DNA of 63,931 nucleotides, the filler included, from Polymyxa betae A26-41 (lineage: Eukaryota > Protista > Endomyxa: Phytomyxea), in the NCBI GenBank assembly GCA_003693705.1. It is 8 parts of 8 records of this genome, joined end to end, with 100 filler letters (N's around TTAATTAATTAA, not from the genome) between each part and the next. Parts side by side here need not be neighbours in the genome. Positions count along the whole stretch, not along the records: positions 7,405 to 21,536 come from RBZT01000493.1; positions 21,637 to 24,807 come from RBZT01000775.1; 6 more parts are not named here. One strand, written 5' to 3'. Each line of letters opens with the position of its first letter. Position 1 is the stretch's first letter. Under the pieces are notes generated by a model, which saw only the letters and a program-made list of their open reading frames with translations, did not search any database and was not told the origin of the DNA. This document shows positions 11,496 to 24,548 of the stretch, one piece after another. Made by a program: the position numbers and the translations under genes.

Positions 11496-12969
11496 AATTA
11501 TTCAACGCACGCAGAGAAGCCTTGATGATTCACGCATAAATCTGATGCGTAACAAAGATACGAGCAAGACTAAAGTATGAAGACGTACTGTAATATTAAT
11601 GGGCTCAACTCCCGCAGAGTCCGTACGGACTGAGCTGAATGAAGCTGGGATTCGAGCTGGAAATAAAACACAATTCTTTTTCAATTATCACTGACTGAAG
11701 TGCTGCAGAATTTTGTAGCAACTTTATCGCGATCTGACGAAACCGCTCTACCACTGAATGAAAACGATGGCTCGTTCTGGCATGCCCGCTCCTTGAAGGC
11801 CTTGAGGTCGCCAATCCTGTTCATCGCGCCCTGAAAAGTCAGGGTTTTCTTGGAAGAGGGCTTGGGCAAGAGAAGCCAGATCTTGAAGCAGCGCTTGTCG
11901 CTTCCAGAGAGAAGAGCAGCACTGGCTCTGCGCCTCTGCCAATGTCCGCGTGACTGGTGCTCAAACAATCACCGTACTGTTGAAACGTTAAGTAAGATAA
12001 GGGATGCAAAACGGTCATTCACCTGGATAGCCTGCTGCTCCACTTCACCAGGAACCTGAGTGGCATGGAGCATTTTAATGTCCACCAGACGTCCTTAGAC
12101 GATTGATGGGGGAAAAGGTAAGCAGTATACTTAGAAACATCATGAATCAAGTCAGGGGTAGTACGGTAAAAATTTTGTTTGATTGGGAAAGGATTGTTGG
12201 TAGTCTTATGCAAAATGCCATTTTCATCTTTATCTTTCGAATACGCGTAAACGAGCCGGTTTACGTTCCACTTCTAAAAAAAATATTGATTTTCAACACT
12301 GCAAAAATAAGCAAAATAAAATACTTACTTGTCCTCCTCCATTTACTGAAATCGCATTAGCGACTCCCTCTAATGTGAGTCCCTGGAAGCTAGAAAATCA
12401 AGTGAATTCCTTACCACAATGAAATCAGATTGGTTGCCCCAACCCTTAGCAAAATCGACTGCATTGGCTAGGCAATCTCCTCTCGTTGACCTTTGCCTTC
12501 ATGATGAAATCGCTCCACTCGGAGACGGACAGGCAGCTGAGCTGACACAAACTTTTTGATGGCTGGAGTAATCCATGGGTTTCCAGCTAGGGTTCAATTA
12601 GGGTTGGGTGCAATGATCTATCGGTGGCGGCAGGGTGTCAGTGAGGGATGAAAGGGGATGCTGATAGTAATTTACCAATAGCACAATGAGAATGAGCCCG
12701 CCATAGGCTTGGAACGAGCATTGTTGGTGGCAAGAACAAAGAGGCTGCAGTGCTCTGGCGACAAATGGTCGCGATCGAATGGAAAGCTGTGCGCAAGCCG
12801 CGACTGATTAAGGTCATTAAACAGAAATGAGTGTTGTTTCATGATGCATATTTGACCAGTATATTAACGTTCTGTATTTATTGGATAGTGCGTGGGTCTT
12901 CTTAGGAACATATTTCGAATTTGTTTATATTTTTCAATAAAGTGTCATCTTCAAAGCGCAATTCTCCAA

Positions 12970-13520
12970 CTACCTGTGAAATTGCCTGTCGAAATGTATT
13001 AATACCGGTAGCCCTACGTCTCGTCAGAGCTCAGAATTGAGGTATCGGTATAAGTGTCAAGACCGCTATTTACAGAAGATCCTTCAGAATATAATCACTC
13101 TATCAGTCATGATTGACTCTATAAAAGTGGTTTTTATGAAAGTCTTACATCTTCAAAAACCTCTATCGAGCTACCTGTGAAATTGCCTGTCGAAATGTAT
13201 TAATACCGGTAGCCCTACGTCGCGTCAGAGCTCAGAATTGAGGTATCGGTATAAGTGTCAAGACCGCTATTTACAGAAGATCCTTCAGAATATAATCACT
13301 CTATCAGTCATGATTGACTCTATAAAAGTGGTTTTTATGAAAGTCTTACATCTTCAAAAACCTCTATCGAGCTATCTGTGAAATTGCAAGCATCGAAATG
13401 TAGTCGTCGCTTCAGCAGTGATGGATAAGTGCGATTACCTCTAGGCTCTAGTATTTAACATATTCTGCAGAATATATACTATCATTCATGATTGACTTTG
13501 TAAAAGTTGATTCTAACAAG
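12970..13520. repeat. 201-bp tandem repeat: two near-identical units plus a diverged partial third
   Basis: Units start at 12970, 13171 and 13372. Confidence 0.92.
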
Positions 13521-13607
13521 TTCCACAGATTGCTGGGTTTTTTATTTCGTTTGGTCAGATGCAAGCATCTGTGCGACCTTTCCGTTGTGTGCTTTCTCAG
13601 TGCAGCC

Positions 13608-13809
13608 TGTTGAACAAGATCGCTAAAAGAATTGATGTCACAATTTGAAGAATGTAAGCGAAGTGAGGTCTCAATTTATTCACACACGAAAGAGATGACC
13701 AGAGCTGGCCTCGGCGTCATCGCGGAGTGGATAGCTTTGATAGAAGCCGAGAAGTGATAGCCTTGATAGATCGGGTGATCTGTGAATAAATATATAATTT
13801 TATCTAACA
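13608..13809 (-). repeat. Copia 3' LTR (~202 bp)
   Basis: TGTT...AACA ends after the purine tract at 13810-13819. Confidence 0.7.
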
Positions 13810-13983
13810 CGGCCCCTCAGTTTAGATCTCGTAGAGTTCTTGACTGGAGAAAAGAAGATAAAATTTAGAGACAAGATGTTGAGACTTGGGAAAAATCCAT
13901 TTACGGAGACGCACGAAAGAAATTCCGTGGTACTGTGGGGCTCAATGTAGTTTACTACCCACTAAAAAACCCATGCCTTAACA

Positions 13984-16900
13984 TTAGAGGCTGATCTGTG
14001 GGACTGGCTTGAGATTTAGCCGGGTCCTGAGATCGGTAAATTTGACTTTGGAAAGTCCTTTTGTAAAGATGTCAGCTAAGTTGTCAGCTGATGCAACCTT
14101 TTTGAGAGCGAAATTATGTTGTTCAATTTCTTCGAAAAGGAACCAGTATTTGGTTTCAATATGCCTCATGGCAGATTTGTTTCCGCTATTATAACCAAAG
14201 CTTATACATCCTTTATTATCTTCAAAGATAACGAGTGTGGTGGTCATAGGGAATCCTATTTCCGCAAGTAGATGTCGTAGTTTTTTGCCTGCAGTTGCGG
14301 CTGAGCATGCTGCGTACCATTCAGATTCAGTGGATGACAGTGGGGTATTCACCGCCTTTTTGCGTGAGTATTCAATGACTCGTCCGTGTAAGATAAACAC
14401 GAAACCACTGACGGATTTGCCTGCCCAATCAGAGTCGGCAAACATAGCGCATGACGGAACATTGGTCGGTCCTTCGCCGAAATAGGAGTGTAGTAAGTTA
14501 GACCTTCCGTCGTATTCCAAGCCTAGGTTTTTAGTCCCTTGCAGGTATCGGAAAATGTATTTGACAGCGTCCCAGTGTGACTTGCCCGGATTGGAACAAA
14601 ACTGTGAGACTTGCTGTACTGCATGAGCGATATCTGGCCTTGTTTTGGAGGCCAAATATATCAAAGATCCCACCGGGGCGCGATAGGGGATTTTGCTCAT
14701 ATATATCCGATCCTGTTCGGTCTGCGGAGACATTCCCGAATGTAAACGTGTGTTAGGAATTTCGGGTGTTGCCGTTGGGTTGCAGTCATTCATACGAAAT
14801 TCGGTAAGCATCTCTTCTGTGTATTGACGTTGCCTTAACCAAGTGATATGGTTTTTGCGGTCTCGAATGACTTCGATGTTTAGAAAACATGATAGTGCTC
14901 CAAGGAATTTGACCTTAAATCGGTTTTTCATCCTGGATTAGAGCTCTTCCAAAGCAGACTTGGAATTGCTAGCTGCAATTAAATCATCAACATAAACTAG
15001 GACTAATAGAATTCTGTTGTTATTAAGATGTGATACATAGACACAGTGGTCTGTTTTACAGCGTAAAAAGCCACAGCTTATTAAAAATGAATGGAATACT
15101 GAATTCCAGATTCGACCTGCTTGTTTAAGTCCATAAATCGACTTGTGCAGTTTGCAGACTTTATTTTTATGACTCTTATCATGGTAGCCGGGTGGCTGTT
15201 TCATGTAGATCTCAGTATCAATGTCGCCGTATAAATAGGCTGTCGCGATGTCGACATGTTCGAGATCAAGGTCAAGATGGGTAGCTAATGCGATTAGCAT
15301 CCGGAATGAGGTGAAATCTGCCGCAGGTGCATACGTTTCAACGTAATCTATATCTGGTAATTGGGAGCCGCCTCTGGCAACTAAACGTGCCTTAAAACGA
15401 TCAGCTGATCCGTCTGTTTGATTGTATTTTACAGCAAATACCCACATCGATCCTATAATGTGCCGATCATTATCAGGTGCGTCCACCAATGACCATGTGC
15501 CATTTTCGGCGTGCGATGCGAGCTCCGAGTCGATAGCCTGTTTCTACTCGGCAGCATACGGGTTTCTGAGAGCCTCCGTTACAGATTTCGGTATTGGAAT
15601 TTTACCGTGAGAGCGTTTTATTGCAGCAGAATTAATGACGCTGCTATTAACGTATAATCCTGTACCGCGCAGTTTCCGTTTACGCGTTGAGCGCCTGGAA
15701 GCGATGTTGGGTTGGCTTTCGGAATCCTGGTCATCTTGTACCTCTTCGGAACCACCAGAAGTAGGTGTGAGGTGACTAGGTTTTATTGATGACGGGATGG
15801 TAATCGTCGTGGTGTGACTAGCAGAACCGGCTGCCTGGTGAGGGTCATTTATGACAGAATCGTCTGATTCTTCGTCCTCATCTTCAAGTTTGCTCGGGTC
15901 TGGAAGATCTATCCTTTCTGACTGATCATCGTGGACAAATGTCTCGTCCGATGGATCTTCTGTTTCAAAGTCGAACAGATCATCAGATTTATTTAGTTTG
16001 CGGAAGGGATATTCCTCTTCATTGAAGCGAACATCGCGGCTTTTGAAAATTCGTTCGCGCGCGTTATCGTAAAGGATATAACCTGAGCCGGTGTCATCGT
16101 GGCCTAAGAATACGCATTCTATGGCTCTATCACTTAGTTTGTGACGTTGATTTTCCGGAATAATTGCATAGGCTTTGCAGCCAAATGTTCTCATTTTTGA
16201 TAAGTCTGGCTTATGTCCGAACCATAATTCATAGGGTGTATGTTTATTAAGCGCCTTCGTAGGGCTAATGTTTTGGACGTATGTCGCAAAATGTACAGCT
16301 TCGCGCCAGAACACTCGTGGTGTCCCTGAGAAGTGTAACATGCATCGGGCCATGTCAAGGATCGATCGATTAATGCGCTCCAATTGAGGGTTCTCTTTGG
16401 AACTATATGGCATTGTACGCTCTAAGCGAATGCCTTTGTTATTCAATAAACTTAATAGTACATTTGAATTGAATTCGCCCCCTCCATCTATTCGTAGTAT
16501 TTGTATTTTTGCATTGTGCTGGGTTTGCGCACGTTTACGATACATTTTAAAGCATGAAAATGCCTGAGATTTATCTTTAATACAGTATGTTTCCGCATAA
16601 TGGGTATACTGATCAAGAATGATCATCATATAGCGTTCACCGTCAGAAGCAGGGATTCTCATAGGACCGCATAGGTCGGTTGAAATTCTTCCAAGGACAG
16701 TTTTAGCTTTTGGGAGGTTAGAATGTGTTCGGAAAGGAGTTCGAGTTCCTTTTCGGTTGAATGCAGGATGAGCAGAAAGATAGCTTATCCTGGTTAAGCT
16801 GCATTCCTACTGCCATTCCCCTTGCCAATTGTAACAGTCGCTGTTTATTAATATGTCCTAAACGAGCGTGCCATATGGCCGTGGAAGCCTTATTGGACAA

Positions 16901-17308
16901 GGATAGCGAATGTAGCTTTGCAATAATATTGATATTTATTGTATAGCCAATTAAGTAATAAATGTCTCCATTTCTTTTGCCGATAGCGATAAACTGTTTT
17001 GTTGGCATAGTGTAAAGTCGAACCTCACTGTCGTCAAAGACAGTTATAATTCCTTTATCTGCCGCTGTTGTTACTGAAAAGTAATTATTTGTTAGAGCAG
17101 GGATGTGATTAACGTGATGTAACGTTAGACGGATAGAGCTGGTGTTATCCGGCTGATAAATAATAAGATTTACAGTGCCGGTACCTGCTACAGTGACTAC
17201 GGAGTTTGCTTCAGTCGCAACATGTTTACTGTCAGGAGGCAGTGCCTGATAGTCAGTGAAAGCGCTGCGGTCTCCGAAGGCATGTGATGTACAGCCGCTA
17301 TCAACCAT
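13984..17308 (-). pseudogene. pol: Copia pol, split by stops and frameshifts
   Basis: MVDSGCTSH, WHARLGH, RIDGGGEF, KSIYGLKQA, YVDD, ADSDWAG, SSTESEW, ADIFTK. Confidence 0.93.
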
Positions 17309-17349
17309 AAGCTGAATGTCGCCCCCTGAATTTTGAGGGTTTACAATCC

Positions 17350-18717
17350 CTAGACTACTAATAAAGTCGTTTGGATAAGCGGAAAATTGGGCTGTTTATT
17401 AAGCATGTGTTCGATTAATGACCCGATTTGGTCACTTTTCTTATCCTTTTTGGCTTTGTTGTGTGGAACTTTGGCCTTGGATTTCTGCTTTTCGGCCTTC
17501 TTGCGTAGATAGGCCTCAATGTTCTGCTTGCGGATCGGGCAGTCGAGCTCAGAATGGCCCTTGTTGCTGCAGAATGTGCATGCATCCGTGCTGTTGCCGG
17601 TCCGCTGACGTTTAGCAAGGTGTGGCGCCGTGCTGGATGGCGTCTGGCCTTTGCGTTGAGCGGCCATAGTCATCCGAAGGCGGATCTTGAGATCATTCCA
17701 AGTCAGGGAGCGATTTGTGATGTCGTTCATGGCGTTCAGGTCGTTGAGTTTGTTCCCGATGATGACTGCGAGTCGCCGGTCCGTGATGAGAGTATCGCCG
17801 AGCTGGGCGATGGACGCGGCCAGGGAGTCGACCCTGTTGATGAACGTATCCAGCTTGGAGAGTTCGGATGGGAAGGGAAGAGCCATGAGTTCGGACCCTA
17901 GCTGCAGAGATCGCAGCTCCTTCTGTTCGGGCTTGCCGGACCCGAATTCAGACTCAGGATGCCGGAGTAATTGAGCGGGGGTCTGCACGTAGTGCGCTCC
18001 GCGGAGGACCTCATCGCTGAGCTGGTCCTTGATGAAGCCAAGGGCCGCTGAAGTCGTGACGTGGACGAAGGACGCGGCCTTGTAACAGCTGCAGTAGCCG
18101 TGTTCGTTGCTGTAGGGACAGGTGTCGTTATCTATGATAAAATCATAGAGGTTGCACTGTCGGAGTTTGTTCTCGAGCCGATCGCGCCAGATGGTGTAGT
18201 TGTCAACACCTTTTAGCCGCTCCTGTGGAGGGAAGGGCTGCGGGAGGCGGATCTGGGAGAATGAGGCGTTGTCGTAACCGTGGAGGATGTGGTCGTCCCC
18301 GCCAGAGCCGTGGGAAGGCTGCTGGTTGGCCACGGACGCCGCCGGCAAGTTGCCGGGCCGGGCCGTGCTGTTGAAGAGACCACCAGCGTACGGGGCGGTC
18401 GACAGAGCAGAGCGGTCCCACGACTGAGAAAATTCCGCGGAGGACGCGCCCGAGTCGGGCGTCGGCCAGGGACGTAATCCAGGCGGGGCTGGGGTCATGA
18501 TAAAGGGGCCGGCGTAACCCGGCGCCGGCGGAGTGCGCCTGCGTGGGGGCCCTGGGGTCCTGAAACCCTGGGCCAGTGCGACCGGGCTGGGCTGCGGTTG
18601 CTGCCCGTGGTGGGCCAGTACGACTGGGCTGGGCTGCGGTTGCTGCCCGTGGTGGGCCAGTACGACCGGGAGTGCGCCGCCTGAGGAATGCGAGGGAAGC
18701 GAAGAAGCGTCCGGCTG
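17350..18717 (-). CDS. gag: Copia Gag with CCHC knuckle; frame open upstream of the first Met to 18717
   Basis: LKGVDNYTIW, CTFCSNKGHSELDC. Confidence 0.8.
   Translation of the reverse strand, partial: QPDASSLPSHSSGGALPVVLAHHGQQPQPSPVVLAHHGQQPQPSPVALAQGFRTPGPPRRRTPPAPGYAGPFIMTPAPPGLRPWPTPDSGASSAEFSQSWDRSALSTAPYAGGLFNSTARPGNLPAASVANQQPSHGSGGDDHILHGYDNASFSQIRLPQPFPPQERLKGVDNYTIWRDRLENKLRQCNLYDFIIDNDTCPYSNEHGYCSCYKAASFVHVTTSAALGFIKDQLSDEVLRGAHYVQTPAQLLRHPESEFGSGKPEQKELRSLQLGSELMALPFPSELSKLDTFINRVDSLAASIAQLGDTLITDRRLAVIIGNKLNDLNAMNDITNRSLTWNDLKIRLRMTMAAQRKGQTPSSTAPHLAKRQRTGNSTDACTFCSNKGHSELDCPIRKQNIEAYLRKKAEKQKSKAKVPHNKAKKDKKSDQIGSLIEHMLNKQPNFPLIQTTLLVV
18571..18670. repeat. 42-bp tandem repeat (~2.4 copies), in frame with gag (PVVLAHHGQQPQPS)
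   Basis: Units start at 18571, 18613 and 18655. Confidence 0.9.
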
Positions 18718-20344
18718 TTAATACCGCCGATTCCGATGCAGAAATGATTAGCCTTGATGATGAGACCGATATTGAGCAAGAAGTTTTCGGTGATATCGAT
18801 CTTCAAATTGATGAAAATGAATGTCAAAATCTCAATGACATCATTAAATGGGTCCATGGCTCAAAACCCAAGTATCTCAGAGCAATATATGTTGAAACTA
18901 TTCGATTTTAAAGGCATATTCGCTGTCGGGATGATTTCTAGGAGGTCGCTGGCTGGTTAGTTGACCGCTATAGTATGCGACGACATCTCCTTTTGGGATG
19001 TTATATAATGATTGTAAATAATCCCTTCATCGTTTGGGTTGAATCTGGGATTCTATATTGAAAAGCAGCCTATACAATCAGTGATTATTTTTCCTTTTGT
19101 TGGAATAATGAAACCTTAACTCCTTTCCGGAACCTTCTCCCTAACTGCATAAGCGCTTAGATTGCTTAGTTGGTTCGAAAAACCGATACAACATGCAGTT
19201 TTTTGTGATTGTACTGGAGCATCTTGTTCCTGTACCTGCATATCGAATTTCTGCTTGCATGTGCAAGCCTGTTTTAGGATTACATCTTCGAATGTTGTCA
19301 TTGCCCATTGGGCAATCGCATACGACTTTTTTCTCATTATGATTCGTCTCCCGAACGCTGGTTTGATTCGTCTTAGGATGATCGGAACTCATAAGGATGA
19401 ATTTATCGGAGTTTATGAACGCGATAGAGGATTTAGAAAATGGTAAAATCCAAGGTAGAATATGACTGTCTGCACCAGTCAGAAGCCTATCTCAGGAGCT
19501 GGGTTCCAGACGTTCTCGAGATCCAGTATCTCACTGCTATGTGAGATAGAGATAGGGCTGTCTAGATAAAATTCATAAATAACTTAAATATCTTCTTGCC
19601 GTTATTTTATGACTACAGTATGTAGCTTCCCGTAACATTCAAAATAGGAAAGTTTATCGTACACAGAGCAAAATCTTCTCAAACAAATACGAAATGACTC
19701 GACATCCTGGTCTAAGCCATAAAAATTATTCCGATCAGGTTGATTGACTGTTAGTCGCTCAACGCGGAGACAAAGACATTACGCTGAGGCGACAGAAGAA
19801 GGAAAATACAATTTGTGTAAATACACATTTGTACACATGCTATATTATGATGATGTGGTTTGAGCTTATCTAATTTTATCGAATCTGATCTGGTTGATAT
19901 AATGAATTGAAAGCTGGGTTGTAGCTGAGTATTGGGGACATTCCAATGACCAATACAAAAGGATAGGTCTGTTAACTGGTTAAATCGTTCATGGTGCCAA
20001 ATCAAATCAATCTGAAGGTTTGAATTCTTCATGTTGATCTGTGTTATATCATCACTTGTCGTTGTCTCTATACATTGATGCTGGAAGTCATTGAATGGTT
20101 ACCTACCAGCAGTTATGGCATATAACAATATGGCTACAGGGGCCTCTTAGAGCTTCAGAATTCGATTGTGTGCCATGGAATCACATCGAATAACAAACAA
20201 TGACAACATTTGATAAAATGACACGGATGGACGTTTAGAGACTCAATAAACAACATTTATTCGTTTCGGTCCAAGAATGCGGAACTTTGCGAGGTCTAAC
20301 GACGAGAAGAAAGAGGTTAACCTATCTAATTATACAATGTGGGC

Positions 20345-20484
20345 TTATAGCTTGATAAAATCATTGATCAGAATATCAGTTAAGCGATCATAAATGATCA
20401 GCCATACAGCTATTGGCAACATAGTTACTACAAAGTCGTAAGCAGAGTCGATAACTACCATACGATCAATGAGATATGTATTGA

Positions 20485-20518
<34 letters not shown>

Positions 20519-21002
20519 GTTTCTAAAAACAGCAAATTTCAAGGGAATCATAGATCGGGAACGATTTTCATATCTCCAGGTGCTCAACATCCATCGGAAT
20601 GCCAAATTGTTCATGCAGGTCCTTGATCCAAAGCAGCTGATCTGGCTGGAAGGCGACCTTGGACGACAACAGGACACCCAGTTTTAGGAGAAGTCGCAGC
20701 ATCTCGAATCCCTTTCTGGACAAGAAATTGGAGAAGGGCGGGGCCGGCATCAGGGCGCCCAGTTTCTGAAGACGTCGCCGCTGCTCGGCTTCAAGGTTGT
20801 CAGAATCCTGTGAAGTGACGAAAAAGAAAATGTCAAGAAAGGCTGACTCGATTTCTGCTATGAGCACAGTGATTAAACTGGGAAACAGTTTGCCAATCAC
20901 TGAAGAAACCAGAATGACGCATCCGTTGGCGAGGTTTGCAAGCTGGTCTAAATCGGCGTTGCGAAATCTGAAAACGATCAGAGCGACACTTTTGTTGAAC
21001 AA
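20345..21002 (-). CDS. Possible small intron-containing gene or pseudogene, unknown product
   Basis: 144-aa ORF, acceptor-like ttttcgtcacttcacag, (TC)n inside a GT...AG segment; no clean model built. Confidence 0.25.
20488..20517. repeat. (GA)15 microsatellite
   Basis: Seen directly. Confidence 0.97.
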
Positions 21003-21152
21003 ATTGGTGGAAACGTTTTGAAAAATGAGTTATCAGGCCTTGAAGAGAAATCATTTGAAAAGAACCACTTCAACAGAAAATCCGTAAAAATCTCTTTGTG
21101 AAGAATAATTCTAAAATAAAAAACTTGTTTCTGCTAAAAGAAAGCAACATTC

Positions 21153-21521
21153 TGTGACGCACTCTTCGAGATAGCGAATGAAGTACCGCAATAGCAAGAG
21201 GCTGTCAACTTCACCGTGTCAACAGCAGCGCCCATAAACGGTAATCGCGACGTTCCTGATCGTCGAAGTTCAGGGCCAGTACGTCGGCCCAGGCGTTGAG
21301 CGGCCGGGGCCTTCGAACAACGGTGCGCACTTTTAACTGGACCTGTCTGTTGTGGCAATCTGTCGTTCAAGCCTGAGACGATTGCACGAAGAAATAGTGA
21401 AGATGAATCTGTATTAATTATATGCGTATTCAAGCCCTTAGTAAATCCAGAAATTCATCGGAGTTGATTGATAGCCAGAGTATGCGTAAATTAGAGCCAT
21501 ACAATATCCAATATTGTTACA
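21153..21521 (-). repeat. Probable 3' LTR (~369 bp)
   Basis: G-rich tract GGGCGGGCG then TGTAAC...GTCACA. Confidence 0.5.
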
Positions 21522-21536
21522 CGCCCGCCCAAGCTG

Positions 21537-21636
21537 NNNNNNNNNNNNNNNNNNNNNNNNNNNNNNNNNNNNNNNNNNNNTTAATTAATTAANNNNNNNN
21601 NNNNNNNNNNNNNNNNNNNNNNNNNNNNNNNNNNNN
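21537..21636. other. Artificial contig linker
   Basis: N44-TTAATTAATTAA-N44. Confidence 0.98.
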
Positions 21637-22794
21637 AGGTTCGGGATATTAGATTTTAATCATTTAAACGTCTTCCCGAAACTATAGTTGCTTCAGCGCC
21701 GCTATCAAGGACTCCTCGACACACGGCACGGCCATTGGCCAATAGTACTTTAACTACTCCCACATTTGAAAGAGTATCGTCTACTATTTTCGCCAGCCGA
21801 ATATACCGAGAAGTGGGATGAGCTTTATTTTTAAATTCCTTCTTCCCCAGTTTGTATTGTTGAATGAGCTTCCGCTGCTCAGCCTCGGATGGCTTCTCCG
21901 GGCATACTTTCATGTGGTGGCCAGCGGTGTGGCATTTTAAACAAGTGATAACTGTCCGAGGTTTCTTCGCCTCGCGACGATTATCTCCACGATAATTCTG
22001 TGAAGGACGCTTTGACCCAAAAGGGCCATGGGCCTTCCAACGCTCCTGATCGAGCAAATAATGCTCAAAGTTCTCCACCTGCCGAATTAATTCGACTGTG
22101 AAGGCATCATGATCTTCTTCAATGGCAGGGTTTCGAAAACGAACTTGTGACATCATTTCCTCCCGAAAAGCTTTCGGTTGCAAGGCTTCTATTAAAAAAC
22201 GTACATAGTTCTTATTGCCTTGGGCAGTCCCAGAAAAAACGTTCTGCCAATTGTAAAGTTCAATAAGATTATCCATTTGCTTGATCAGGTCTATAACCCG
22301 CGCTCGCGGCTTTATTTTCAGATTATACTTGAGTTCAGAGGCCATTATAGAAGGTATTTTATAGAAGGTATTTCACGATGCGTAGAAGTGTCACTCTCCA
22401 GATATTGATCCAACCATTTGTTAAACGCTTCATCTGTCAAATCTTTCCGATCGACCTTCAGTAGGCGTTTACAAATATCAGATAATAAACTCGGCTCAAT
22501 CATTGTCAGAATACTCTGAGGCAATGCAGCTGGCCCAGCTCCCTGACGTCGAGCGTATTCCAGAATTTCACAGTAGCGAGTGTGCTTTTGACGAAATGTG
22601 ACAATATCTCGAATATCTAAAGTCTTAAAAACAGGCGGCTCGCCAGGTTTCACTAAAACAGCCGATTGATGACTCGATGACTCATTTGAATAACAGCCAG
22701 TGAGGTTCACCCTGAAGATGAACCTATTCCAGACGTCAACAATAGCTCTGTCGTTACACCATCGAATGATGAGAATGGGCAAGATCCTGTGCAT
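21637..22794 (-). pseudogene. Gypsy Gag-protease, frameshifted
   Basis: CLKCHTAGHHMKVC, GVLDSGAEAT; similar to 34974-36223 and 53384-54591. Confidence 0.85.
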
Positions 22795-23245
22795 TCAAAC
22801 TCTGCATCGAGATCAAATCTTGTTGTTATTGCTGAGATCGTTCGACATGAGGCAAGCACCGCTACAGAGCGCTCTGTGTGGTTTGTCCCAGTAATCGAAT
22901 TAAGATTATTTCTCATTTCTTTTAATACATATCGTATTCTATATAATATTATGAATCTCCAGGATGCTTCTTTACCGTTCAGTCTGATCACGTCCATCAC
23001 CAGTCAATATTATCACAGGGGTCGCAGCCCCCATACAAGTGGAATAATTTTCTGCGTACAGTCACGCACTTTTCTGCGCAGATTTTTTTAACTTTTTCAT
23101 TACCGTATAGTGCGGGACTTTGTACCCCCCAAATATACATGATTCTGGATGGAGGGGTACAAAGTCCCGGACAATGTCCAAGCGCGCAATATAATTTCTA
23201 CCTATATACAGCCTACCCAGCTCATTCCATTCGATATCTGATATC

Positions 23246-24517
23246 ATGCCTCAAAGGAAGACGTATACCGCGGCTCAAAAGCTCGATATATTGAAAGCAA
23301 TAGACGAACGCGAACCTGGCATGTCCGCCAAGCCTGTTTGCGCCAGTGTCAGCGTCCAACAAGGCCAAGTGCCTCGCTGGAGGAAAAATATCGAGCAAAT
23401 AGAATCTGTTCGACGTTCGGCTAAAAGTATTTGCATTGGTGCACCGTCCATTTTGGACGTCTACCAAGAAGACATTTAAAGCTACATTTTCAAAAGACGT
23501 GAATGCGGATTTGGTAACGTTGCCTCTATCATTTTCATTTTTTAAAAACTTTAAATAATTCTGTAAAACAGCGGTTTCGACGCGGATGGTCGATTCCTAC
23601 GCGAAGTCCCTTGACAGGGACTTTAAGGAAAAATCCGAAGAGGCTAGAATTGCAACCGTCCGCCGGTTTTTGAAAAAACATTGTTATGGAATCAGAGTTG
23701 GGACACATGTGGCCCAGCAAAATCCTGCCGAAACCCGTGAATTGGCTGTGGACTTCATTCAATCTGTCCGAAAGCAGCTGCCTTGGTTTCCGGAGAAGAG
23801 TTTAATTCTTAACATGGATCAGACTCCTGTATTCTTTTCCATGGAACCCCGCACTACATTGAATCGTATTGGAGAACGAACGGTTAACATTCGCTCAAGT
23901 ACAGATTCGACTTTACGCGTTACTGTTGGCGTCACAGTGACAGCGAATGGCAACATTCTTCCTCCAATGATAACTTTCAAGGGCAAATCTTCTGGTTTAA
24001 TTGCCCGGTCCTTCTCTTAGTTTCCAGAATGTGCAGTTTATGCTTGCCAGATAAGGCCTGGATGGACGAAAAGATGATGATCAAATGGATCGAAAAGGTA
24101 AAAAAGACAATTGTGCTCCTGGTTTCTATCATGATTGTTCGACAGGTGTTGGAACCTTACATTCGGGCTAATAACCCAAATCAAGAAAGATCTGTGATCT
24201 TACTTGACTCGTACCGTTGCCATTTGATGGCATCTATCGTTACCAGAATTCAAGACCTCGGAATTCAGGTTGAGCATATACCAGGTGGATGTACAGGCCT
24301 CGCACAGCAAATCGATGTAGGAATTGGCAAGCCTTTGAAAACGCGAATGCGTCACCGATTTGAGGAATGGCTGGATACCCAAGATCGTTTCGCAAAATTC
24401 AAGCCGCCGTCAAGAGAGCTCTTATCCGAATGGATTATTGCCTCACTTAAAGAAATTAATAGTGAAACGGCTCGTAATTCATGGCGCCGTCAAGAGTTTA
24501 ATTACTTCGACGATTGA
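23246..24517 (+). pseudogene. pogo/Tc5 transposase (HTH + DDE_1, DD35D), introns 23514-23571 and 24098-24145
   Basis: RKTYTAAQKL, NMDQTP, AWMD, LLDSYRCH, IPGGCTGLAQQIDVG; internal stops. Confidence 0.9.
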
Positions 24518-24548
24518 ACTGGCTCTGGTTCATCGGCTTTGTTTATTT

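Larger units (their letters stand above)
13608..18717 (-). mobile_element. Ty1/Copia element, near full length, 5'-truncated, with 3' LTR
   Basis: gag-PR-IN-RT-RNase H order, PPT-like GAGGGG before the LTR. Confidence 0.93.

Noticed and set aside
17415-18911. Many overlapping GC-rich short ORFs
   Set aside because: Antisense or alternate-frame shadows of Copia gag
19116-20150. Possible CENP-B/pogo HTH remnant (HPKxNQ...IAQWA)
   Set aside because: Too fragmentary and split across frames to support
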